Positions 19,730 through 29,694 of a DNA stretch of 64,000 nt are shown here, piece after piece; within the stretch, counting starts at the first letter, position 1, and each line of letters starts with the position of its first letter. Position numbers and translations under genes: made by a program. Under the pieces are notes generated by a model, which did not search any database, was not told where the DNA came from, and was given only the letters and a program-made list of their open reading frames with translations. The DNA lies in NCBI GenBank assembly GCA_045541455.1, contig JAZQJA010000012.1, positions 178 through 64,177 on the forward strand, in the 5' to 3' direction. Source of the stretch: Eubacteriales bacterium. Lineage in GTDB: Bacteria > Bacillota > Clostridia > Oscillospirales > QAKW01.

Positions 19730-21412
19730 TTACATCTTTTCAGGTGCTGTAATATTCATAAGTTGAAGAGCGTTTTTAATAACGGTTTTTGCACTAATGA
19801 CAAGTGCCAATCTGCCTTTTACAACATTTTCAGCCTCTCCTTTAATACGGCATGCGTTATAAAAACTATGAAAAGACGATGCAACATCAATAACATATTT
19901 AGTGATTTTTGAAGGTTCTAACGAATTTGCCGAGGATATTATTTCCTCAGGGAATCGTGCAATATTTTTAATAAGTTCACGCTCTTCTACACTTGAGTAG
20001 GTATAATTTTCACACGAGTCAACCGAGGTGATACCAAGATTGCGGAGAACAGAGCAAATTCGTGCGTGAGCATATTGAACATAATACATTGGGTTTTCAC
20101 TATCCTGTTTTACAGCAAGCGACAAATCAAAGTCCATAACAGACTCGCTGCGGTTCATATTAAAGAAAAAGCGTGCTGCATCTGCAGGAATTTCATCTAA
20201 AAGGTCGGAAAGGGTAATACTCTTACCTGTACGCTTTGACATACGCACAACTTCACCGTCGCGCATAAGGCGTACAAGTTGCATAAGCACGACTTCCAAA
20301 CGTTCGGGGTCGATACCAAGAGCTTTCATACCCGCTTTATAGCGAATTGTATGACCATGGTGATCGGCACCAAGAACGTTTATACAACGTTCAAAATTGC
20401 GTTTGCAAAACTTGTTGCGATGATAAGCCAAATCAACAGCATAATAAGTATAAAAGCCGTTTGCTTTAACCATTACCTCGTCTTTTTCACAACCATAGTC
20501 TGTAGCGCGAAACCATTTTGCGCCTTCATTTTCATATAAAGCGCCTGCTTTTTCAAGCATATCTATAGTTTCTTTTACATAACCGCTTGTATGAAGCGTT
20601 GATTCACGGAACCATTTATCATAAATAATTTTATATTTTTCAAGGTCTGTTTGCATTTGTGCAATATTCTTTTCAAGGCCAAACGCAACAAGTTCATCGG
20701 TAAGTTGTTCGCGATTATTTAGATCCACCTTGCAATCTTTTAATTCGTAAAACTCTTTTGCAAGACGCTTGATGTCATCGCCGTGATAACCGTCATCAGG
20801 AAATTCAATGCTGTCTTCACCGTTTATAAGTTGATACAAACGTGTATAAAGAGATATACCGAATAGTGAAACCTGATTGCCGGCATCATTGACATAAAAT
20901 TCTTTTTTAACATCTGCACCCGCCCATGACAAAACTGACGAAAGGCAATCACCTATAATACCGCCCCTTGCGTTACCCATGTGCATAGGACCTGTAGGGT
21001 TTGCCGAAACAAATTCGACAAGAACAGTTTGATTTTTAAGTGTCTCTGATTTTCCAAACGAATCACCCAAAGACAAAACGCTGTCAACAACTGTAGAATA
21101 GTAGTGATCTGACACTTTAAAGTTAATAAAACCGGGGCCGGCAACACTTACGCTTTCAATAAGATCACCGCATTCAAACTTGTCCACAATTGCATTTGCA
21201 ATTAAAGCGGGAGATTTTCGCAAAAGTTTTACATTTTTCATAGCAAAATTTGTGGAAAACTCGCCGTTTGCATGATCTTTAGGCACCTCTACCTCAAACC
21301 CCATTATATCTACTTTATCCAATACACCGTCTGCAACACAGCGGTCATAAGCATTTGTTACTTTTTGAGCAATAAGCGATTTCATATATTCCGACGGATT
21401 TTTAAGTGTCAT
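19730..21412 (-). CDS. argS: arginine--tRNA ligase
   Basis: Class I signature ANPTGPMHMGNARGG and an MSKR-type motif (RMSKRTGKSI). The start is set to the ATG at 21412 (MTLKNPSEY), which has a GAGGAG SD 7 nt upstream. The ORF-track start at 21427 overlaps the upstream gene. Confidence 0.96.
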   Translation of the reverse strand: MTLKNPSEYMKSLIAQKVTNAYDRCVADGVLDKVDIMGFEVEVPKDHANGEFSTNFAMKNVKLLRKSPALIANAIVDKFECGDLIESVSVAGPGFINFKVSDHYYSTVVDSVLSLGDSFGKSETLKNQTVLVEFVSANPTGPMHMGNARGGIIGDCLSSVLSWAGADVKKEFYVNDAGNQVSLFGISLYTRLYQLINGEDSIEFPDDGYHGDDIKRLAKEFYELKDCKVDLNNREQLTDELVAFGLEKNIAQMQTDLEKYKIIYDKWFRESTLHTSGYVKETIDMLEKAGALYENEGAKWFRATDYGCEKDEVMVKANGFYTYYAVDLAYHRNKFCKRNFERCINVLGADHHGHTIRYKAGMKALGIDPERLEVVLMQLVRLMRDGEVVRMSKRTGKSITLSDLLDEIPADAARFFFNMNRSESVMDFDLSLAVKQDSENPMYYVQYAHARICSVLRNLGITSVDSCENYTYSSVEERELIKNIARFPEEIISSANSLEPSKITKYVIDVASSFHSFYNACRIKGEAENVVKGRLALVISAKTVIKNALQLMNITAPEKM

Positions 21413-21413
21413 T

Positions 21414-21812
21414 TTATATCTCCTCAATAATTATGTTCATTACATTTTCACTCACCTGCACACCGTTAAAAAGCAGGCGATATTTTATTACAGTCTTACC
21501 TTCTTCAAGTTTCCCTTTTACAAGTGATGTTTTTACTATAACCTGCATAGGCCCTGCAGGAGTTGTATAAGAGCTGCTATGTGTCCCGCCCGATTCAAAA
21601 ACCAGACGATTGCCCGATTTATGACGAAAAACCGACACAATATTGTCCTTTTGTTTAATCGAACAATTTTCAATGTCAGTGTATGTAACATATACACTTT
21701 CGCCTTTTCGATATAACGTTGCATCGTATGTATTTTGTTCACTTACAACCTCACCGTCAACGGTTTGAACAAAGGCAAGAGTGAGTTTTACTTTAGTATT
21801 TTTCGATGTCAA
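21414..21812 (-). CDS. DUF1934 domain-containing protein (YwiB-like)
   Basis: 132 aa beta-rich protein directly upstream of argS, the conserved position of DUF1934/ywiB in Firmicutes. Confidence 0.65.
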   Translation of the reverse strand: MTSKNTKVKLTLAFVQTVDGEVVSEQNTYDATLYRKGESVYVTYTDIENCSIKQKDNIVSVFRHKSGNRLVFESGGTHSSSYTTPAGPMQVIVKTSLVKGKLEEGKTVIKYRLLFNGVQVSENVMNIIIEEI

Positions 21813-22605
21813 TTTTATTTACTTCTCCGTTAATAGAGCGATGCATAAAAATACCGCCCAAATTTTCAAAGCCCTCAATACTATCCGACACAAAATAGCG
21901 TTGTCGGCCTTTGGTGCTATCTGAGAGCATATTGTTAATTTCAAGATAGTCACGAAGGGATTTTGCCGCTTCCCTACCCGAATTTACAAGCACAACATTT
22001 TCACCCATAAACTCACCAATTGCACGCGCAATTATAGGATAATGAGTACAACCGAGAATTACGGTATCCGCACCGAATTCTTTTATTTTAGATAAATACA
22101 GTTTTACAGCCTGTTCTGTAATAGGGTCATTTTCACCGATATGACCGTTTTCAACAAGCGGAACAAATAACGGGCACGCAACACTTAAGGTTTCACAAGA
22201 TGGGTCAAGTTCACACAGTTTTTTAACATAGGCATTTGATTTTACGGTAGCAGGAGTCCCGATAATGCCTATTTTTTTATTTTTTGTTGCTTTAAGTGCT
22301 GCTTTTGCAGTGCTTTCAATAACGCCAAAAACAGAAAACGGATAAATATCACACAATTTAGGAAGTGCAACCGCCGATACCGTACCGCAAGCGACAAGCG
22401 CTGCTTTTATATTAAAAGTGCTTAGAAAATTCAGGTCCTGGCCTGCATAGCGTATAATGGTACTTTTACTTTTTGCACCATACGGAACACGCGAGGTGTC
22501 ACCAAAATATACAATATCTTCGTTAGGCAAAATTTTCAAAAGTTCCTTTACAGCGGTAAGACCGCCCAGCCCGCTGTCAAAAACACCTATTGGGTTTTTG
22601 TTCAT
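21793..22605 (-). CDS. murI: glutamate racemase
   Basis: Motifs GVFDSGLGGLT, VACGTVSA and LGCTHYP. Confidence 0.93.
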   Translation of the reverse strand: MNKNPIGVFDSGLGGLTAVKELLKILPNEDIVYFGDTSRVPYGAKSKSTIIRYAGQDLNFLSTFNIKAALVACGTVSAVALPKLCDIYPFSVFGVIESTAKAALKATKNKKIGIIGTPATVKSNAYVKKLCELDPSCETLSVACPLFVPLVENGHIGENDPITEQAVKLYLSKIKEFGADTVILGCTHYPIIARAIGEFMGENVVLVNSGREAAKSLRDYLEINNMLSDSTKGRQRYFVSDSIEGFENLGGIFMHRSINGEVNKIDIEKY

Positions 22606-23666
22606 ATTCTGTCCTCCGAAAGTGCAAGTTCTATAAGGCGATCAATAAGTGCTGTGCCTTTAAGACCGCTATGTGCCATCAATTTTGGAAACATACTTAT
22701 ATCTGTAAAACCGGGGATTGTATTAATTTCATTAAAAATTATTTTTTCATCATCAGTTACAAAAAAGTCAACCCTTGAAAAGCCCTGACACTCCATTGCA
22801 AGATAAACCCTTTTAGCCATTTCACACACGCACTTAATCGCGTTATCACTGATTTTTGCAGGGATAAACAAAAGTGAATTTTCGTCATTATATTTAGAAT
22901 CATAACTATAAAAATCTGCCGACGGTGCAATTTGGCCGCACGTTGCACATTCGGGCACAGAGTTACCGATAACTGCACACTCAACTTCTGCACCGATAAT
23001 ATTTTCTTCTACAAGTACTTTAAAATCGTGTTTTGCCGCCAAAACAAGACCCGCTTTTAACTGGGTTTTATTATAACATTTTGAAACACCAACACTGGAG
23101 CCTGCAGACGATGGTTTTACAAACACAGGGTAGTCAAATCGCGATTCGATTTTTTCTACCACTGAATTAAGATTATTCTTTATATCGCGATCATAGAAAA
23201 ATTCGAAGTCAGCCTGAGTAATTCCGGCTTTATCACAAATGATTTTGGTAATAACTTTATCCATACTGTTAGCACCACTGGTCATTGTAGTAGTGACTTG
23301 TTTTATGCCTGCTAAAGAAAGCAATGCAGCAACCGAACCGTCCTCACCGTTTTTACCATGCATAACGGGAAACGCAACATCTATTTTTATGTTTTCACCA
23401 CCCGGCACACAAATGCCGTGAACCGAACGGTCGGGAGAAATGAAGGCAACACGGTTTTCAGCATCAAGCCATTTGTTGTTTCTTATTTGTTCAACATCAG
23501 CCTGCGTTAAAAACCACTTACCCTTAGGTGTTATACCAAGAACATATACATTATATTTATCTTTATCTATAATAGACAGAACATTTGCTGCTGAAAGACA
23601 CGAAACCTCATATTCACTTGAAACACCGCCAAAAATTACCGCAATGTTAGGTTTAGTATTTGTCAT
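22602..23666 (-). CDS. ddl: D-alanine--D-alanine ligase
   Basis: Motifs FGGVSSEYEVS, HGKNGEDGS, an ATP-grasp core, and EINTIPGFT. Confidence 0.95.
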   Translation of the reverse strand: MTNTKPNIAVIFGGVSSEYEVSCLSAANVLSIIDKDKYNVYVLGITPKGKWFLTQADVEQIRNNKWLDAENRVAFISPDRSVHGICVPGGENIKIDVAFPVMHGKNGEDGSVAALLSLAGIKQVTTTMTSGANSMDKVITKIICDKAGITQADFEFFYDRDIKNNLNSVVEKIESRFDYPVFVKPSSAGSSVGVSKCYNKTQLKAGLVLAAKHDFKVLVEENIIGAEVECAVIGNSVPECATCGQIAPSADFYSYDSKYNDENSLLFIPAKISDNAIKCVCEMAKRVYLAMECQGFSRVDFFVTDDEKIIFNEINTIPGFTDISMFPKLMAHSGLKGTALIDRLIELALSEDRI

Positions 23667-23709
23667 AAGTATTACCTTCTTAATTAAAATATCACTAATT
23701 ATAATATCA

Positions 23710-24918
23710 CTATTTATTTGTTATGTAAAGATTAATTTTGTTTGACAACCGTATAAGAGTATAAAGTGAAGGTAAAAGCATAAACACATTAAGAGTGTCT
23801 GCAGCAGACCATAAAAAAGAGGGCGGCAAAACAGCGCCGAAAAAGACAAGTGCTGCAAATGCTGCATCGTAAAGGTCGGTTGATTTAAAACTATACAACA
23901 GTACCCGCCGCGCAACATAATACCAGCCAATAACAGTTGCAAATACAAAAAGCGACATAGATACTGATAAAAATAAACTTCCAAACGGGTATGACGCAAA
24001 TGTACTTTTTACTGCAATGTTTGGATTATCACCCAATTTTGCACCGCAAAGAGCAAATGCTATACCTGTAATTGAACACATTACAACAGTATCCCAAAAA
24101 GCAGTTGTCATAGCAGACAGCGAGCATTTAACTATATTTTTATCACCGGATTCTGCTGCCAGTACGCCACCACTGCCAAGACCGCTTTCGTTTGAGTACA
24201 ATCCACGTGTTACACCGCTTTTTACAGCAGCTCCCATAGTGCCGCCAAAAAGCGATGAAATATCAAAAGCCTCACAAAAAATCTGTTTTAATATTGCTGG
24301 AACCAAAGACACATTATCAAAAATTATAAAAATACAAAAGCCGAGAAATGAGATTGACATTATTGGCACAAGCAGTGAACTTATTTTTGCAATGCCGTTA
24401 AAACCCAAAGAAATTGTTACAATAGTTAAAAAAGCAAGTACAACCCCGCTTTGCCAATTATCAAACGGCAACACTGCTGCAAGCGACGATGACGGAACTG
24501 CAGCACCCATAAAAAGTCCGCATGCGGCGCAGGCGAGTGTCCATATTAACGAAAGGGTTGGCTTATTAAGCGTTTTTAGCAGTGTCATTGTACCGCCTAC
24601 ACCGTTATCAGCGTATTTTAAAGCCAGATAACTTTCTGCGTATTTTGTAGACATAGATAAAACTCCGCAGACCCACATCCAAAATATAGAGCCGACACCG
24701 CCCGCCGAAATTGCAACTGCAACACCAACGATATTTCCGGGGCCTACAGTTGTACCAAGTGCTGCTGCAAACGCACTGTAAGTACCAATCCCCTGTTCAT
24801 TTTCTTTTCTTGAAAAGGTATATTTTATACCGCTTAATGTATATCGCTGTATAAACTTAAGTTTTATTGTAAAAAATATATGGCAAACCAAAAGTAAAGT
24901 AACAATCAATAATATCAC
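23710..24918 (-). CDS. alanine/glycine:cation symporter (AGCS) family transporter
   Basis: Motif GTYSAFAAALGTTVGPGNIVGVAVAISAGGVGSIFWMW; polytopic. GTG start. At 402 aa it looks somewhat short at the N-terminus compared with my recollection of typical members. Confidence 0.85.
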   Translation of the reverse strand: MILLIVTLLLVCHIFFTIKLKFIQRYTLSGIKYTFSRKENEQGIGTYSAFAAALGTTVGPGNIVGVAVAISAGGVGSIFWMWVCGVLSMSTKYAESYLALKYADNGVGGTMTLLKTLNKPTLSLIWTLACAACGLFMGAAVPSSSLAAVLPFDNWQSGVVLAFLTIVTISLGFNGIAKISSLLVPIMSISFLGFCIFIIFDNVSLVPAILKQIFCEAFDISSLFGGTMGAAVKSGVTRGLYSNESGLGSGGVLAAESGDKNIVKCSLSAMTTAFWDTVVMCSITGIAFALCGAKLGDNPNIAVKSTFASYPFGSLFLSVSMSLFVFATVIGWYYVARRVLLYSFKSTDLYDAAFAALVFFGAVLPPSFLWSAADTLNVFMLLPSLYTLIRLSNKINLYITNK

Positions 24919-24968
24919 CTAATATCAATATATTGACCTTTTATAAAAAATAGCATATAATATTTATT

Positions 24969-25415
24969 ATGGATGATATTTTTTATATGAAAAAAGCGCT
25001 GAATCTTGCAAAACGCGCCGAGAAAATTGGCGAAGTACCAGTTGGTGCAGTTATTGTTAAAGACGGCAAAATAATATCGCGCGGTTTTAACCTACGCGAA
25101 AGTAAAGGTGATGCTACGGCACACGCTGAATTTATCGCTATTCAAAAGGCGTGCAAAAAGCTCGGCGGCTGGCGGTTGTGCGGTTGTACTTTGTACGTTA
25201 CGCTTGAGCCGTGTATAATGTGCGCAGGTGCAATTATCAATTCACGAGTTGACAGAGTGGTGATAGGCGCACGCGACCAAAAATCCGGTGCGTTTGGCTC
25301 GATTGTTGATGTCACTAAACTTAAAGTAAATCATTTTCCAAAAGTAGAATTTGGTGTTCTTTCTAATGAATGTTCGGACATTCTAAAGCGGTTTTTTAAA
25401 AGACTTCGCAATTAA
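24969..25415 (+). CDS. tadA: tRNA adenosine(34) deaminase
   Basis: CDA zinc motifs HAEFIAI and PCIMCAGA; 148 aa. Confidence 0.93.
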   Translation: MDDIFYMKKALNLAKRAEKIGEVPVGAVIVKDGKIISRGFNLRESKGDATAHAEFIAIQKACKKLGGWRLCGCTLYVTLEPCIMCAGAIINSRVDRVVIGARDQKSGAFGSIVDVTKLKVNHFPKVEFGVLSNECSDILKRFFKRLRN

Positions 25416-25523
25416 CAAAAAGTTCAAAGTTTGATAACAACTTTTGAAAAAGCGTGTGTTATACTGTAGGAGAGATAAGGATAGTACTTATCTTAATCCC
25501 CCTCCTATTTTTAATGCAAAACA

Positions 25524-25566
25524 GTAAAACAGCGCCGCTTTAAAAGCGACGCTGTTTTACTTTGAT
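25524..25566 (+). terminator. intrinsic terminator downstream of tadA (second of two tandem hairpins)
   Basis: GTAAAACAGCG ... CGCTGTTTTAC is an 11-bp outer stem with an inner CGCTT/AAGCG stem, followed by TTTGATATT. A weaker hairpin plus T-run lies at 25467-25512. Confidence 0.7.
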
Positions 25567-25598
25567 ATTATTTTAATATTTATAAAGGAGTAATTATT

Positions 25599-25937
25599 AT
25601 GGCGTTTATTGATGATATTGTTGCCGGTGCACAAAAAGCAGGAAAGTATGTTTGCGAAAAAGCCGAAGATGCTAAGGATTATGTTTCTCTTGAATACAAA
25701 ACCGCATCTATCAAAGGTAAAATTAACGAGCAATACAAACAACTTGGTAAATTAGTTTATAACAAAGCAGAAGAACAAAAAATCAACACTGTAATCCAAG
25801 AAATCAAAAAGTTAAACGACGAACTCTGTGCTGTTAGTGACGACATGGCCAAATTTAAAAATGTATGTAAAAACTGTAAAGAAACAAACAAGCCGTCAGC
25901 TGAATTTTGCTGTAAATGCGGAAATCCGCTAAAATAA
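25599..25937 (+). CDS. zinc-ribbon domain-containing protein
   Basis: 112 aa, helical N-terminus, C-terminal CKNC-X12-CCKCG zinc ribbon. AAAGGAG SD. Confidence 0.6.
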   Translation: MAFIDDIVAGAQKAGKYVCEKAEDAKDYVSLEYKTASIKGKINEQYKQLGKLVYNKAEEQKINTVIQEIKKLNDELCAVSDDMAKFKNVCKNCKETNKPSAEFCCKCGNPLK

Positions 25938-27571
25938 GAAAGCAGGTACTTAGTTTGGCACAAAATACTAAAAAGAACTTTTTGGTTGGCGCGATGATAT
26001 TAAGCGCTGCGCTGGTAATTGTAAAAATCATCGGTTTTTTCTATAAAATACCGTTATTTAATCTTATCGGCGGTGATGGTTGGGGATATTACAACGATGC
26101 GTATCAAGTTTATTCGTTGATGTTTGTTATATCTACAGCAGGTATTCCGGTTGCCATTGCAAAACTTATAAGCGAATCCAATGCTATAGGTCGTATACAC
26201 GAACCGAGAAAGATTTTGAACTTATCACTTATCAGTTTTTCGATTGTTGGTTTTGTGGGAATGTCGGTTCTTATATTGTTTGCAAGAATATTCGCAGAGA
26301 ATATAGTAAAAACTCCCGAATCTACACTATCTATAATTGCAATTGCGCCAGCAGTATTTTTTGTTTCGCTCGGCTCAACCTTTAAGGGTTATTTTCAAGG
26401 CTACAAAAATATGGCTCCAACCGCCATTTATCAAATACTTGAAGCAGTTGCAAAACTATTAGGGCTTGTCATTGTAATTGTAATGATAGCAATGGGATAT
26501 GACGACCCCGCCCTTCTTTCCTGCGGCGCGATAATGGGTGTAACACTTGGCTCGCTTGTGTCATCAACCTATATGTTTATACGTTTTTATTTTGGAAAAG
26601 AACAAATTGAAACTAACGTAGACAAGCCTCTTGAAAGCCGGTCGAACAGCGTTTTATTTCGCGCTATGGTTAAGATTGCAATTCCTGTAACGCTAAGTTC
26701 TTCTGTAATGAGTCTTACATCTCTTATTGATATGGTGCTTGTTAAAAACTCACTTATTGCATCAGGACTTACTCCCGAACAATCAAATTTCATTTACGGA
26801 AGTTTTTCGGGATGTTGTTATTCACTGTTTAATTTACCACCTACAATAACACAAACCATTGGGATTTCGGTACTGCCTTTTATATCAGGTCTTTTCTCTA
26901 CCGGCAAAAAGAAAGAGGCATATAATAATATGGATTCGGCGCTACGAATTGTATCGCTTATTGCTGCGCCGTGTGCAATTGGTTTATCGGTTTTTTCAAA
27001 GCCTATATTGTCTCTTATTTACGGTTCAAGACCGGACGAGGTGGCAATTGCAGCACCGGCATTTACCATTTTAGCTCTCGGCATATACCTTGTTGCTATG
27101 GTTTACCCTACCAACACTTTTTTGCAAGCATGCTCAAAAGCCAAAATGCCTTTATTTACTATGCTGATAGGTGCTATATTAAAAATCATAACCAACTGTA
27201 CTCTTGTTGCGACACCGACAATACGCATAAACGGTGCACCGTTTGGTACACTGCTTTGTTACGGCTCGATACTTATTTTAAACCTAATAATATTATACAA
27301 ATTGCAAAAATACAGACCTAATTTTAAATCTGTATTCTTAAAACCAATTTTATGTTCTGCCGTTTCTGTTTTTGCTTCTTATGGTATTTATTTACTGATA
27401 AAAGGCTTTATAGCGCCCAAATTTGCAACAATAGTGGCTATAGGTATTGCGGGATTATTATATGTAATTGCTATATTCATTACAAAATCACTTAACAGAG
27501 ATGATGTTATTTTGCTACCCAAAGGAGAAAAAATAGCAGATTTATTGACTAAAAAGGGACTTATAAAATGA
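25916..27571 (+). CDS. MOP-superfamily flippase (polysaccharide biosynthesis protein; YabM/SpoVB/MurJ-like)
   Basis: About 14 TM segments. The N-terminus KNFLVGAMILSAALVIVKIIGFFYKIPL is typical of this family. The true start may be the TTG at 25955, since the ATG at 25916 overlaps the preceding gene by 22 nt. Confidence 0.8.
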   Translation: MRKSAKIRKQVLSLAQNTKKNFLVGAMILSAALVIVKIIGFFYKIPLFNLIGGDGWGYYNDAYQVYSLMFVISTAGIPVAIAKLISESNAIGRIHEPRKILNLSLISFSIVGFVGMSVLILFARIFAENIVKTPESTLSIIAIAPAVFFVSLGSTFKGYFQGYKNMAPTAIYQILEAVAKLLGLVIVIVMIAMGYDDPALLSCGAIMGVTLGSLVSSTYMFIRFYFGKEQIETNVDKPLESRSNSVLFRAMVKIAIPVTLSSSVMSLTSLIDMVLVKNSLIASGLTPEQSNFIYGSFSGCCYSLFNLPPTITQTIGISVLPFISGLFSTGKKKEAYNNMDSALRIVSLIAAPCAIGLSVFSKPILSLIYGSRPDEVAIAAPAFTILALGIYLVAMVYPTNTFLQACSKAKMPLFTMLIGAILKIITNCTLVATPTIRINGAPFGTLLCYGSILILNLIILYKLQKYRPNFKSVFLKPILCSAVSVFASYGIYLLIKGFIAPKFATIVAIGIAGLLYVIAIFITKSLNRDDVILLPKGEKIADLLTKKGLIK

Positions 27572-28254
27572 GTAAAAAGGAACTTATGAAAAAAAGCACA
27601 TACAATTTTTCAGACCTTGTTGAAATTGTAGATTTATTGCGTGCGCCTGACGGCTGTCCGTGGGATAGAGAGCAAACTCACCAATCAATACGAAAAGGGT
27701 TGATTGAAGAAACTTATGAGGTTGTAGAAGGAATAGACCGAGACGACAGCGAAATCATGTGCGAAGAACTCGGCGACCTATTACTTCAGGTTGTATTTCA
27801 TGCAAGTATTGCAAAAGATGATAACAGATTTGACCTTGACAAAATTTGTGATGGCATTTGCAAAAAACTAATATACAGACACCCTCATGTTTTCTCAACG
27901 GTTGAAGTTGCAGACTCAGATGAGGTTTTACGCAACTGGGACGAACTTAAACAAAAAGAAAAAAAGCAGCAAAATGTTGCAGATGTACTGGATGGTGTTT
28001 CAAGAGCATTACCTTCTTTAATGCGTGCTCAAAAATTAATTAAAAAAGCAGATGATGAAACAGACCGTAATACTGCACTTGAAAACATTTTAAATACTGC
28101 AAATAATATGAAAAATGAGCAAGACTTAAACGAAAGTATTGGCAAGTTATTGTTTGAATGTGCTCGTCTTGCAAACACACAAAAAATTGATTTGGAGCAA
28201 GCACTTTACAACGAAAATGAAGGTTTTTGTGCCAAAATGCGAAAAAAATATTAA
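27568..28254 (+). CDS. mazG: MazG family nucleoside triphosphate pyrophosphohydrolase
   Basis: Motifs CPWDREQTH, EETYEVVEGI and EELGDLLLQV. It overlaps the flippase stop by 4 nt. Confidence 0.85.
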   Translation: MSKKELMKKSTYNFSDLVEIVDLLRAPDGCPWDREQTHQSIRKGLIEETYEVVEGIDRDDSEIMCEELGDLLLQVVFHASIAKDDNRFDLDKICDGICKKLIYRHPHVFSTVEVADSDEVLRNWDELKQKEKKQQNVADVLDGVSRALPSLMRAQKLIKKADDETDRNTALENILNTANNMKNEQDLNESIGKLLFECARLANTQKIDLEQALYNENEGFCAKMRKKY

Positions 28255-28281
28255 AATTTATATATTTTTTTGAAATTTATA

Positions 28282-28310
28282 TTGCAAAATCAATAATAAT
28301 TTGAGATAAT
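28282..28310 (+). promoter_or_regulatory. sigma-A type promoter of hup
   Basis: TTGCAA (28282-28287), a 17-nt spacer, then GATAAT (28305-28310). The roughly 45-nt leader ends in an AGGAGG SD. Confidence 0.55.
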
Positions 28311-28360
28311 AAATACATAAAGGTTTCCATTACGGAAATACTACTAGGAGGAAAAACATA

Positions 28361-28633
28361 ATGAACAAAGCAGAACTTATTGCAGCTGTTGCAGCTAATG
28401 CAGACATTTCACAGAAAGTAGCTGCTAAAGCAGTAGCAGCAGTTATGGACGAAATTAAAGAAGCTCTTAAAAAGGGCGACAAAGTTCAGCTCGTAGGCTT
28501 CGGTTCTTTTGAAGTTAAAAACAAGTCTGAAAGAAAGGGTAAAAACCCCAGAACAGGCGAGGCTATCACAATCCCCGCATCTAAAGCTCCCGCTTTCAAA
28601 GCAGGCAAAGCTTTCAAGGATTACATCGCGTAA
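28361..28633 (+). CDS. hup: HU family DNA-binding protein
   Basis: 90 aa: MNKAELI ... GFGSFEV ... RKGKNPRTGE.I.IPA. It is a canonical HU. Confidence 0.95.
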   Translation: MNKAELIAAVAANADISQKVAAKAVAAVMDEIKEALKKGDKVQLVGFGSFEVKNKSERKGKNPRTGEAITIPASKAPAFKAGKAFKDYIA

Positions 28634-28686
28634 TTCATTAGACCGCAGGTTGAAAAACACCTGCGGTATTTTTTTGGAGAAAGTAT

Positions 28687-28929
28687 ATGAGAATTGATAA
28701 ATACCTAAAAGTGTCACGGCTGATAAAAAGGCGCACCATCGCACAAGAAGCTTGTGATGGCGGTCGCGTTTGCGTTAATGGCCGACAAATTAAACCGTCA
28801 TACGATGTTAAAGAGGGCGATGTTATCGAAATATCTTTTGGTGCTAAAAAAACACGTGTAAAAGTAACAAAGGTTTGTGACTTTATAAAAGCAGATGAAG
28901 CTTTTACTATGTATAGCATTGAGCAATAA
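28687..28929 (+). CDS. RNA-binding S4 domain-containing protein (YabO/Hsp15-like)
   Basis: 80 aa starting MRIDKYLKVSRLIKRRT.A...C..GRV.VNG. Its position after mazG matches B. subtilis yabO. Confidence 0.85.
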   Translation: MRIDKYLKVSRLIKRRTIAQEACDGGRVCVNGRQIKPSYDVKEGDVIEISFGAKKTRVKVTKVCDFIKADEAFTMYSIEQ

Positions 28930-28945
28930 TGCAGCATATACATTA

Positions 28946-28984
28946 AAAAGGACTGTAAAATTATATTTTTACAGTCCTTTTTAT
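28946..28984. terminator. bidirectional intrinsic terminator
   Basis: AGGACTGTAAAA-ttatat-TTTTACAGTCCT is a 12-bp stem flanked by A-run and T-run. It sits between convergent genes and overlaps the stop of the minus-strand gene. Confidence 0.8.
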
Positions 28985-29694
28985 TTCAGTTTTTCATACA
29001 GTATTGATATAAGTTCGCCAGGAGAAAAGTTTTTGGATTTAAAGCCGAGTGAATCTAAGTTTTTAGCACTGCTTATCGCTGTGCGGATTGCCCGTGACAC
29101 TGCATCTGTCGTAGTACCATTAATAGATGCTATTTTGGGATAAAGGCCCGCTGTAAGATTTGACAGCAGCGTTTTATCGCGAAGTGTAAGACAAAGAGCG
29201 TCTGTTATGTAGCCAAACCCCAGTTTTGCAGGAATAAATCCTAACGAAACAAGCAAATTTTCAATATGAGTACGAGCCGCCCAGTTGCTGCTTTGCTTTT
29301 GATTTACAGCCTGCAAAACAGAGTTGTGAAGATTATAAAAGTCAGCAGGTAAAAGCGTAAAAACATCGGCAAACTCAGCAAAGTTTTTACTGACACCTAT
29401 ACCGTCGCGTAAGGTACTTACAACAACAAAAATAGTACTGATTTCCGGATTAGATTCTTTAATAAGAGTTATAGCCCTTCCTGCATCAATATCAAAAAGA
29501 AAACTGTCTACAAACGCAACCGTTGGGTTATTGTTTAATACTTCGCTTACAAAATCATAACCGTAATTTGTTTTAAAGATGACTTTATAATCAAAGTACT
29601 CTACAAAATCTCTTAGTATATCACTTGATGGTTTATCGGAAACTGCAATAACTGCTGTGATTTCATTTGACATATTATTGTTCTTCATCAACAA
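28981..29694 (-). CDS. Spo0A C-terminal (Spo0A_C) domain protein with a degenerate receiver-like N-terminus
   Basis: The C-terminal 100 aa align by eye with the B. subtilis Spo0A effector domain (LGFIPAKLGFGYITDAL ... LTAGLYPKIASINGTTTDAVSRAIRTAI ... SPGELISILYEKL). The N-terminus has an alternating beta/alpha REC-like pattern, but it lacks the acidic DD pair and the conserved Lys (LLP where KP is expected). Confidence 0.7.
   Translation of the reverse strand: MLMKNNNMSNEITAVIAVSDKPSSDILRDFVEYFDYKVIFKTNYGYDFVSEVLNNNPTVAFVDSFLFDIDAGRAITLIKESNPEISTIFVVVSTLRDGIGVSKNFAEFADVFTLLPADFYNLHNSVLQAVNQKQSSNWAARTHIENLLVSLGFIPAKLGFGYITDALCLTLRDKTLLSNLTAGLYPKIASINGTTTDAVSRAIRTAISSAKNLDSLGFKSKNFSPGELISILYEKLK

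Noticed and set aside
24017-24631. 204-aa ORF on the plus strand
   Set aside because: It is antisense to the well-supported AGCS symporter gene. Its composition is low-complexity and Pro/Ser/Ala-rich, typical of a shadow ORF, and it has no SD.
25416-25598. Possible SRP RNA (scr/ffs) or small RNA downstream of tadA, as in B. subtilis
   Set aside because: No conserved SRP domain IV sequence or long Alu-domain helices are visible. The region is explained by two tandem hairpin-plus-T-run terminators (25467-25512 and 25524-25566). An extended -10-like TGTTATACT at 25457-25465 has no -35 and would start transcription inside the first hairpin.
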